A stretch of DNA of 62,553 nucleotides, the filler included, from an uncultured bacterium (GTDB lineage Bacteria > DYJV01): the NCBI GenBank assembly GCA_964543655.1. It is 5 parts of 5 records of this genome, joined end to end, with 100 filler letters (N's around TTAATTAATTAA, not from the genome) between each part and the next. Parts side by side here need not be neighbours in the genome. Positions count along the whole stretch, not along the records: positions 47,172 to 52,718 come from CAZIZE010000044.1; positions 52,819 to 58,198 come from CAZIZE010000045.1; positions 58,299 to 62,553 come from CAZIZE010000051.1; 2 more parts are not named here. One strand, given 5' to 3'. The notes below the pieces were generated by a model. It worked only from the letters and a program-made list of their open reading frames with translations. It was not told where the DNA came from and made no database searches. Shown here one piece after another: positions 51,927 to 59,788 of this stretch. The position numbers and the translations under genes are program-made. The stretch's first letter is position 1. Each line of letters begins with the position of its first letter.

Positions 51927-52718
51927 TTAAATTTCAAGAACTGCTCCAACAGATGCAAAGAAAAACCTTTCTTTTAAAATAGAAAAAAGAGTAGCACTAA
52001 TTGCCATTCCTGTACAATGTGAAACTCCAAGTTTTTCTATTTTATATTTATCAAGAGTTGCAAGTGTATTCTCAATCTGTTCTGGTGATGCAAATCCAAG
52101 ATGAGTTCCACCAAGAACAGCATAAATTTTATCTTTTCCAGTTTTTTCAATAAAATGATTTAAAATATTCACCAGTCCTGCATGAGCGCATCCAAGTATT
52201 ACCACCAAGCCTTTTGGAGTGTCTATTGCAAGAGAAAAATCATCTTTTAAATTATCCTGCTCAAATTCTCCACCGGGTTTTAAAACTTTCATATTAGCAT
52301 CAACTTTTTCAAAATCGGTTTTCATAGGAATTTCTCCGCTTAAAAAAATCCCTTTCTCAATTTCAAAAAAATCCTTCACAAATTTAAAATTTGCTCCTAT
52401 AGATTCAAGGTATTCTCTTTTATATGGGATGCCAATATATTTTGGTGGCATATTGCCCTGAATCCAGTATCTGTTTAAAAATATATCTGGATGAGCATAA
52501 ATATCAAGAGGAGCTTTCATTGATAAAACCTGTGGAATACCAAGAGTGTGATCATAATGACCATGAGAAAGAACAAGGTATTTTATATTTGCCAAATCTT
52601 TTTTAAGAACAATACTGTTTTGCAAAATTCCTTTGCCCTGACCGGTATCAAAGAGAAAATTGCCGTTAGGTGTTTCTATATAAGCTGCAAAGCCATGCTC
52701 CCCAACAACTCCAAAGGG
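51927..52718 (-). CDS. MBL-fold metallo-hydrolase (DHPS-like MBL family), 5' partial
   Basis: Frame stays open to the linker: EHGFAAYI, FDTGQ, SHGHYDH, GCAHAG, GGTH, HCTG. Confidence 0.85.
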   Translation of the reverse strand, partial: PFGVVGEHGFAAYIETPNGNFLFDTGQGKGILQNSIVLKKDLANIKYLVLSHGHYDHTLGIPQVLSMKAPLDIYAHPDIFLNRYWIQGNMPPKYIGIPYKREYLESIGANFKFVKDFFEIEKGIFLSGEIPMKTDFEKVDANMKVLKPGGEFEQDNLKDDFSLAIDTPKGLVVILGCAHAGLVNILNHFIEKTGKDKIYAVLGGTHLGFASPEQIENTLATLDKYKIEKLGVSHCTGMAISATLFSILKERFFFASVGAVLEI

Positions 52719-52818
52719 NNNNNNNNNNNNNNNNNNNNNNNNNNNNNNNNNNNNNNNNNNNNTTAATTAATTAANNNNNNNNNNNNNNNNNNNNNNNNNN
52801 NNNNNNNNNNNNNNNNNN
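52719..52818. other. Artificial contig linker
   Basis: N44-TTAATTAATTAA-N44. Confidence 0.99.
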
Positions 52819-52819
52819 A

Positions 52820-53074
52820 TATTTTAAAGAAAAGCTTGCATTAACAGGAGAATATTCAGAAATAGGTTCATACTGGGAAAAAGGCAATAAAAATGAAATA
52901 GACATAGTAGCAATTAATAAATTGGATAAAAAGGTCTTAATTGCAGATGTAAAATTAAAACAAAATAAAATCAATATAGATTTTTTAAAGAAAAAAGCTG
53001 AAAATCTCGTTGCCTCAAATTTTAAAAATTATAAAGTAGAATATAGAGGCTATTCACTTGAGGAGATATTTTAA
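52820..53074 (+). CDS. C-terminus of an ATPase with DUF234 (PD-(D/E)XK-like) domain, 5' partial
   Basis: Manual translation YFKEKLAL..IGSYWEKGNKNEIDIVAI..ADVK..YSLEEIF*; paralog of 61824-62553. Confidence 0.8.
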   Translation, partial: YFKEKLALTGEYSEIGSYWEKGNKNEIDIVAINKLDKKVLIADVKLKQNKINIDFLKKKAENLVASNFKNYKVEYRGYSLEEIF

Positions 53075-53089
53075 AAAAGTAGTATACTA

Positions 53090-53432
53090 CTAATACAAAA
53101 CCAACCTTAAATCAAGAGATTTTTCGAGCTGAAGCCCTTAAAATAACAGCTTTTATGGCAAATAGGAGAAAATATTTTTATTTACAAATACAAGTTTACG
53201 GTTCAACGTTTATTGTTCAACGCTGAAAAATACGTTAAAAACAACGAGTAGAAAATTGTAAAATACAATTTTCAATGAAAAATGAAATAATGAATTACTA
53301 AATCCTAATCCCCAAATCCTAAATCCCAAATCCCAAATCCCAAATCCTAAATCCTAATTTAACTTTGAACTGATAACTGTAAACTATTTAAGGGTTCCAG
53401 TCCAAAAAATCTCAAGATTGGCTTTGTATTAG
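53090..53432. mobile_element. MITE-like element with 19-bp imperfect terminal inverted repeats
   Basis: CTAATACAAAACCAACCTT at 53090-53108 and AAGATTGGCTTTGTATTAG at 53414-53432 (2 mismatches); the left about 75 bp recurs inverted at 57628-57702. Confidence 0.55.
53298..53357. repeat. 7-bp tandem repeat AAATCC(C/T), about 8 copies
   Basis: CTAAATCCTAATCCCCAAATCCTAAATCCCAAATCCCAAATCCCAAATCCTAAATCCTAA. Confidence 0.9.
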
Positions 53433-53520
53433 CTTTCAATTGTAAAGCATAAAACAGCTCAAAACTGGATATTGTTTAAGAGGCTACAAAAATTTTATAA
53501 CCTGCTAAATTAATTCACTG

Positions 53521-54669
53521 TTAATTCTGTAAAAATTCAAGCTCTTTTAATCCTATTTCTTTTAGTTTTGCTTTAGTTGTGGTGCTATCAAATTTATCTG
53601 TAATAAAATTATAGATGGTCTCGAGTTTTGCTTTTTGAATTTGTATAAATTTTTCATCTATTTTTGGTGGTTCTGGAAATTTTTTTGATAAATACTCCTG
53701 AAAAGGTTTTCCTGTTTGCTTTGATAGCTCTTTGGCTCTGTTAATTTCCTCCACCCAATTAGAGTGAAATTTTATGTAATAATCTCTAATTGCCTGTTTG
53801 TTAAAATGTATGTAATTATTTTCTATTTTCATTGTAACCCTAATGGAATCTGTATCAATTGTATCAACTACCACAAGGTTATCTCCATCTTTTGCAAATT
53901 CCCACTTTAAGTCCCACAAATCAAGCCCAATTTGTGCAAAAAAAGCTTTAACAAACCTTGAGCATAATTTTGTTAACTCAAAAAGTTTGCCATAAAACTC
54001 CCCTGTTAATCCAGAAATGTAAAGAGCCTCTTGATATGAGAGAGCTCTATCTTCAGGCTCATATTTAGTGGTGAAGTCAACTTTTGGCTCTTTGAAAAAA
54101 GTCCATGGAGTTATATTTTTTTCTCCATATTCCTTGAGAAATTTACTCTTTTCCTCCTCTGTCATTTTAAGGAATTTCTTATATATTGATGAACTTGGAG
54201 TTATACCAAATCTTACAATATTCTCAAGAGGTATTACATATTTATCTTTGTTCCAAATATTAGAATAATCCCACAAACGAAGATTATTTACTTTTATTTG
54301 CACAGGCTTTATAACATTATACCTTTTTACAACATTGAATCTACTAATATTTTCAGGAAAATCATTTGAAATAACTTCACCACTTTTATTATCCACCATT
54401 CCTATGTGGTGTGTTATTAAATTCTCTGGAATTACACCTATAAGCCTTTTCCATTCATCTTTATTTCCAAGAGAGGAGTATATTTTATGTCTTAATGCTG
54501 CTCTGTAAATATCACTATCAGGGATGTGAAAAATTGTGCCCACATCAAATACAGAACCGCCTGTGGTTGTTTCGCATATCATAAATTCAGGATTATCCTT
54601 TAAAAAGTATATATTTTGTACAGAGCCAACATAATCAGGTTTTGTTAAGTTTTTTAAATTGATTTTCAT
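53521..54669 (-). CDS. purC: Divergent SAICAR synthetase (PurC-like)
   Basis: GSV, SVFD, IPLE.IVR, FTTKYE, DLKWEF, VDT, KQAIRDY; located directly downstream of purB. Confidence 0.7.
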   Translation of the reverse strand: MKINLKNLTKPDYVGSVQNIYFLKDNPEFMICETTTGGSVFDVGTIFHIPDSDIYRAALRHKIYSSLGNKDEWKRLIGVIPENLITHHIGMVDNKSGEVISNDFPENISRFNVVKRYNVIKPVQIKVNNLRLWDYSNIWNKDKYVIPLENIVRFGITPSSSIYKKFLKMTEEEKSKFLKEYGEKNITPWTFFKEPKVDFTTKYEPEDRALSYQEALYISGLTGEFYGKLFELTKLCSRFVKAFFAQIGLDLWDLKWEFAKDGDNLVVVDTIDTDSIRVTMKIENNYIHFNKQAIRDYYIKFHSNWVEEINRAKELSKQTGKPFQEYLSKKFPEPPKIDEKFIQIQKAKLETIYNFITDKFDSTTTKAKLKEIGLKELEFLQN

Positions 54670-54679
54670 AATAGCTCCT

Positions 54680-55969
54680 TTAAAATATCCTCTTAAAAAT
54701 ATAATCTATATTTTTGAAATGATAATTTAAATCAAAAATCTCTTCTAATTCATCTTTTGTTAAATATTTGCAAATTTCATCATCTTGTTCAAGTAATTTT
54801 TTGAAATCTAACTTCTTTTCCCAAACTTTCATTGCATTTTTTTGCACCATTCTGTATGCATCTTCCCTTGTAACACCTTTTTCAGTAAGTGCAAGAAGAA
54901 CTCTCTGTGAAAAAATAAGGCCATTGGTTAAGTTTATATTTTTTAACATATTATTTTCATAAACAATAAGATTTTTAATTATTCCAGTAAACCTGTTTAT
55001 TAAAAAATCAAGGTTGGTTGTAGCATCTGGTCCAATAACCCTTTCAACTGAAGAATGGCTGATATCTCTTTCATGCCAGAGTGCAACATTTTCCATTGCT
55101 GCAATTGAATAACTCCTAACAAGCCTTGCAAGACCTGTAACATTTTCAGAAAGTACAGGGTTTCTTTTATGTGGCATTGCTGATGAACCTTTCTGACCTT
55201 TTGAAAAGAATTCTTCTGCTTCTAACACTTCAGTTCTTTGAAGGTGTCTTATTTCAACTGAAAATTTTTCAAAACTTGAAGCAATAACAGCAAGAGTTGT
55301 AAAAAATTCTGCATGTCTATCTCTCTGCACTATCTGAGTTGAAACTGGTGCAGGAGTGAGGCCTAATTTTTTACAAACATACTCTTCAACAAAAGGGTCG
55401 ATATTTGCAAAAGTACCAACAGCACCTGATATTTTACCAACAGAAATTGTTTTTATAGCATTTTTTAATCTATTGATATTTCTTGAAGTTTCATCATACC
55501 ATAGAGCCATTTTCAATCCAAAAGTAATAGGTTCAGCATGAATGCCATGTGATCTACCTATCATTGGAACAAGTTTGTATTTAAAAGCTTTTTCTTTTAA
55601 TACCTCTTTTAAATTTTCAAGATCTTCCAACAGCACCTCTCCTGCTTCTTTAAGCAACAGATTGTATGCTGTGTCAAGAACATCTGATGAAGTCATACCT
55701 TTATGTATGAATCTTGAATCTTCTCCAACATATTCAGCAACACTGGTTAAAAATGCAATAACATCGTGCTTAACCTCTTTTTCTATTTCATTAATACGCT
55801 TTATGTTAAAATCAGCTTTTTTGAGAATATTTTCTATAGATTTGTCAGGAATAACACCAAGCTTATTCCATGCTTCGCATGCAGCAAGTTCCACATCAAG
55901 CCATTTTCTAAATTTATTCTCCTCGCTCCAGATTTTTTTCATAATTTCCCTTGAATATCGTTCTATCAT
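54680..55969 (-). CDS. purB: Adenylosuccinate lyase
   Basis: MIERYS, HDVIAF, GRSHGIHAEP, GSSAMPHKRNP, HERDISHS. Confidence 0.98.
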   Translation of the reverse strand: MIERYSREIMKKIWSEENKFRKWLDVELAACEAWNKLGVIPDKSIENILKKADFNIKRINEIEKEVKHDVIAFLTSVAEYVGEDSRFIHKGMTSSDVLDTAYNLLLKEAGEVLLEDLENLKEVLKEKAFKYKLVPMIGRSHGIHAEPITFGLKMALWYDETSRNINRLKNAIKTISVGKISGAVGTFANIDPFVEEYVCKKLGLTPAPVSTQIVQRDRHAEFFTTLAVIASSFEKFSVEIRHLQRTEVLEAEEFFSKGQKGSSAMPHKRNPVLSENVTGLARLVRSYSIAAMENVALWHERDISHSSVERVIGPDATTNLDFLINRFTGIIKNLIVYENNMLKNINLTNGLIFSQRVLLALTEKGVTREDAYRMVQKNAMKVWEKKLDFKKLLEQDDEICKYLTKDELEEIFDLNYHFKNIDYIFKRIF

Positions 55970-55970
55970 A

Positions 55971-56714
55971 TTAGCTCCTTTTTAATAATACTTTGCTCAC
56001 TTTATGTTGATATGTAAAGAAAAAATTTTTATTAGTAATATTTTCAATATGTTTAAAAATTTTCTCTTCTGAATTGTTCTCCTCGCTAATGTGAGATATA
56101 AAAATATTTTCAGCTTCTATATCTTTTAAAATTTCAAGTGCCTGACTATTTGATAGATGGCCTATGTTACTTTTGATTCTCTGTTTTAGCTCCCATGGAT
56201 ATGAGCCATTAATTAGCATATCTTCATCATGATTAAATTCAAGAAAAACAGTATCACAATCTCTAAGAGTTTCTTTAATTAAATATGTTGGTTTCCCAAT
56301 ATCAGTTGAAACACCAATAGAATGCTCTTTGTACAAAATTTTAAACCCTACTGGATCAAGAGCATCATGTGGAATAGAAAAAGTTTTTATTTTAAATTTT
56401 TTAAAATCTATTGTATCTCCAGGGTTAAAAAAAATAATATTTTTTAAATCTTCATATTTTGGGCAATATGAATTTTTGGAAATAAAAATAGGAATATTAA
56501 ACCTCTTATTAATTACTTTTAACCCAGCAATATGGTCACTGTGTTCATGAGTTATAAAAATTGCATTAATTTCAGATAAACTTTCCTCAATTTTATTTAA
56601 TCGTAGTTCAATCTGCTTGCAACTAACACCTACATCAATAAGTATTTTACAATTTTCATTTCCAATAAATATGGAATTACCTTTGCTACCACTTGCAAGA
56701 GTGCAAACTTTCAT
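55971..56714 (-). CDS. MBL-fold hydrolase, YycJ/WalJ-like
   Basis: LASGSKGNS, THEHSDH, HDA, EFNHD, GHLSN, HISEENN. Confidence 0.9.
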   Translation of the reverse strand: MKVCTLASGSKGNSIFIGNENCKILIDVGVSCKQIELRLNKIEESLSEINAIFITHEHSDHIAGLKVINKRFNIPIFISKNSYCPKYEDLKNIIFFNPGDTIDFKKFKIKTFSIPHDALDPVGFKILYKEHSIGVSTDIGKPTYLIKETLRDCDTVFLEFNHDEDMLINGSYPWELKQRIKSNIGHLSNSQALEILKDIEAENIFISHISEENNSEEKIFKHIENITNKNFFFTYQHKVSKVLLKRS

Positions 56715-56723
56715 AAAACTCCT

Positions 56724-57251
56724 TTAAATTAGCATATTTATATAATCTGGATTGAAACCAATTTTGCTGAAAATCTCTTTTTCTATTTTTTGTGCATTTT
56801 TAAACCCATTTTTAATTAAAATCTGGGAAAATTTTGACTTACCATATCTATTTAATAGGTCATTATATCTTGTTTCAAGAGATACTATTTTATCGTGCAT
56901 TACTCTTTTATCTGAATAAAAAACAATTTTTTTTTCAAGCAAAAAGGTTTTGCTATTTTTTATAACAATGTGGTTTTCAACTATTTCAGCAATATTGCTG
57001 TAACCAAGCTTTCTTAAAAAAATTCCACCAGTTTCTGCATGATCTTCACCCTTGTTGATAATTGCATCATATTTTGTAATATCATGTAGCAATGAGGAAT
57101 AAAGAACAAGGTCAATATCAACTTTGATATTTTTGCTTGCAAGCTCATTGCTAATAATCCATGAAACCTTTGTAACTTTGTAAGAATGAGCAATAATATG
57201 TTCAGGTAAATTGTATGTTAATAAAATTTTTAATGCTTTGGTTAAGTTCAT
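56724..57251 (-). CDS. HD-domain metal-dependent phosphohydrolase
   Basis: HIIAHS, LLHDI, DHAETG, YSDKRV. Confidence 0.88.
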   Translation of the reverse strand: MNLTKALKILLTYNLPEHIIAHSYKVTKVSWIISNELASKNIKVDIDLVLYSSLLHDITKYDAIINKGEDHAETGGIFLRKLGYSNIAEIVENHIVIKNSKTFLLEKKIVFYSDKRVMHDKIVSLETRYNDLLNRYGKSKFSQILIKNGFKNAQKIEKEIFSKIGFNPDYINMLI

Positions 57252-57323
57252 AATAAATTATAAAATTTTGCACAATGTTTTTAATTGTAGCCTAAAATTT
57301 TTTATATTAGGAATTTTTATAAC

Positions 57324-57542
57324 TTAAGACTTTTGCACAGTAAAAAATGGTAAAAATTAATCCAATAGATTAGTAAATAAAAGCAACTATTTATAATGGA
57401 TTCTTCCCCTTCACTTTGCTGAAGGGTCAGAATGACTTTTTGAGGTCATTCTGAAGGAGCGTAGCAACTGAAGATTCCATAAGTTATTGTTATCAAATAA
57501 AAATTTTAGCATATTACTAAAAATACTGTGCAAAGGTCTTAA
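57324..57542. mobile_element. Non-autonomous IS5-like MITE (211 bp) with TTAA target duplication
   Basis: TTAA-GACTTTTGCACAGTA (57324-57342) and TACTGTGCAAAGGTC-TTAA (57524-57542), 1 mismatch; no transposase inside. Confidence 0.7.
57399..57479. repeat. Inverted pair of GTCATTCTGA-type REP-like palindromic repeats
   Basis: TCAGAATGAC (57427-57436) and GTCATTCTGA (57445-57454); the left unit recurs inverted at 57823-57859. Confidence 0.7.
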
Positions 57543-57646
57543 CTTATATAAAACAGATCATGAATCAAAAGTTTTTTGAAATTTATACCAAACAAATGTA
57601 AAATACAACAACATTTTTTACAAGTGCTTCTATTTACCATAAAAGC

Positions 57647-57859
57647 TGTCATTTTGAGGGCTTTAGCCCGAAAAATCTCTTGCTTTAAAGTTGGTTTTGT
57701 ATAATTTCATTCAAAATTATCAAATCCTAAATCCCGTAAGGGCAATTCATGAATTGCCCCTACCAAATCCTAAATCCCTTATAGACTCTTCGGGCTAAAG
57801 CCCTCAGAGTGACAACAACGCTGTCATTCTGACCCTGAGCTGCGCGAAGGGGAAGAATA
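57647..57859. repeat. Composite REP cluster: TGTC-type inverted units, a GTAG-type REP and heptamer flanks
   Basis: 57647-57678 and 57783-57814 are inverted copies (4 mismatches in 32); GTAAGGGCAATTCATGAATTGCCCCTAC at 57736-57763 is flanked by exact CAAATCCTAAATCCC direct repeats. Confidence 0.8.
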
Positions 57860-57886
57860 CACTTTTCATTAACTATTGTCTAACGA

Positions 57887-58198
57887 CTAATTTGTTTCGG
57901 ATTTAATTATCTCATATTTGTATTCTGAAATATTCCTGCTATCTGTATCAAAATTTATCCCTACAATATACAACTGCTTCCGTGATAGGTGAGACGTAAA
58001 ACGTGACACGTATTTATCTTTTATCTGATTAATCGCTTTTTCCGCATTTTGATTGCACTTAAACTCCATTATGTATATCTTATCCCTCGTCATTACAACC
58101 ATATCTATCCTGCCGTCACTTGTTAATATCTCCATATCTGCCGGGGTGCCGCCGGCATTTACCATTAAATAAAATATTGTGTGAAAATTTGCTTCATT
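57887..58198 (-). CDS. C-terminus of an AAA-ATPase_like + PDDEXK_9 nuclease-domain protein, 5' partial
   Basis: Frame stays open to the linker: NEANFHTIFYL...GRIDMVV...IMEFK...AINQIK...IVGINFD. Confidence 0.82.
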   Translation of the reverse strand, partial: NEANFHTIFYLMVNAGGTPADMEILTSDGRIDMVVMTRDKIYIMEFKCNQNAEKAINQIKDKYVSRFTSHLSRKQLYIVGINFDTDSRNISEYKYEIIKSETN

Positions 58199-58298
58199 NN
58201 NNNNNNNNNNNNNNNNNNNNNNNNNNNNNNNNNNNNNNNNNNTTAATTAATTAANNNNNNNNNNNNNNNNNNNNNNNNNNNNNNNNNNNNNNNNNNNN
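58199..58298. other. Artificial contig linker
   Basis: N44-TTAATTAATTAA-N44. Confidence 0.99.
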
Positions 58299-59627
58299 AA
58301 TATTATCATTTAATGGTTGATATGTGCTTCTGAAACTACCACCAAGCATATAATTTACATATTCGTGAGAAATACCATGAATTCCAAGCTTTTTATTTTT
58401 AGGAATTTCAATTTTAGCTTTTCTACCATTTTTAAATCTTTCAATTGCCATTTCAACTATTTTGTCAACACACTCTCTTGGGTTATCTTCTTTTAATTCA
58501 ACATGGATAGCACCTTCAATATGTGCTCTTGGATTGGTAGTAACAAATTTGGTGCCGTAACACTCTGAGAGAGGAGCCAATGCTTGCTTGATACACTGAA
58601 CATCAACTGCCATTGCATCAACTGCTCCTGTAACAATTATTGTCTCTGTAGACATAAAGTTACCAGCATGAGGGATTCCATGTCTCATAAGAACTTCTGC
58701 ACCTGAACAGCACATACCTAAAAGATTAAGCCCCTCAGCTCCTGCTGCTTTAGCTTTTTCTATATTTTTAGGATCATTTACTGCATCAATCATTGATTCA
58801 AAAAGATTTGGCTCATGACCATGAACTATAATATTAACTTTGTTTTCTTCAAGATAGCCCATATCAACACCAGCTACAATAGCTTTTGGTGTGCCATAAA
58901 GAATATCAGAAATTTCTGTTGCAACCATTGAACCACCCCAACCATCTGATAGAGCTGTTCTACAAGCTTGTCTGATAATATTTTCAAACTGCTGATCAAC
59001 ACCCATATGTGTTCTATGCATCATTTCCATAATTTCTCTCATAGAACCTCTTGGTACAATGCCAAGTTCTCTCCACTTTTCAAGTGTTTTTTCAGGAACT
59101 CTTTTTGCAAATGGAATTTCACCTTCTACCTGAGTATATGTTTTTTCAAGTTCATGGTAGAGATCCATAGCAAGATCTTTAATATCTCTTGGCTTTGCAT
59201 CATCACCTTCACCTTCATAAAGAGGAATACCAACTTCTTCACAAACATATTTTAACTTAACTTCATCTTTTATTTCATAATCAGTAATTTTCCCTTCAAC
59301 AACTTCTCTAAATAGGTCAAGCATAGCCATACCATGATCAGTATGAGCTGCTGCACCTGCCACAACCATTCTTGCAAAATTTCTTGCAGCTATTGTATCA
59401 TATGTAGCACCACATACCCCCACCTTTTCATAAGGATTCTTAGGGCTTAATCTACATGGACCCATTGAGCAGTTTTTACAGCATGCTGCATCACCGCCAA
59501 TAGGACAAGGTTTCATATCATTTGCTCTGTGAAATGCAGTTTGTACACCTTCTGCTTCAGCTTTTTTGAGCATTTGAGCTGTTGACTCACAAATTGTTGC
59601 TTCTTCAATGTTTAATGGTTTTGCCAT
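58299..59627 (-). CDS. cooS: Anaerobic Ni,Fe carbon-monoxide dehydrogenase catalytic subunit (CooS/AcsA), 3' partial
   Basis: D/B-cluster cysteines CPIGGDAACCKNCSMGPC..GVCG; HRTHMG; C-cluster ligands HGHEP, GMCCSG, DVQC. Confidence 0.95.
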
Positions 59628-59665
59628 TTTTTCCTCCTTCTTGGATTAATTATAATTTTTATTGA

Positions 59666-59682
59666 ATCAAATTATATGCCAA
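59666..59682 (-). promoter_or_regulatory. Candidate sigma54 (-24/-12) promoter of cooS
   Basis: Minus strand TTGGCATATAATTTGAT; GG and GA are 12 nt apart; about 40 nt upstream of the start codon. Confidence 0.55.
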
Positions 59683-59741
59683 TAATAGATTTGATTAAAA
59701 TTAACTAATTTCAATCTTTTATGAATTTATATTTATTAACA

Positions 59742-59778
59742 ACTGCTATTTTGCGAATAAATTTCGTATTTTTGCGAA
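59742..59778. promoter_or_regulatory. Candidate tandem upstream activator sites for a sigma54 enhancer-binding protein
   Basis: TTTTGCGAA repeated 21 bp apart; TTCGTA-TTTT-TGCGAA near-palindrome at 59763-59778. Confidence 0.4.
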
Positions 59779-59788
59779 AAAATTTTGT

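Noticed and set aside
53298-57859. Possible CRISPR array among the repeats
   Set aside because: There is no constant 25-40 bp repeat with unique, regularly sized spacers, and no cas genes.
21455-58298. Four identical TTAATTAATTAA motifs embedded in N runs
   Set aside because: These are artificial six-frame-stop contig linkers, not biological repeats. ORFs and gene neighbourhoods crossing them are artefacts.
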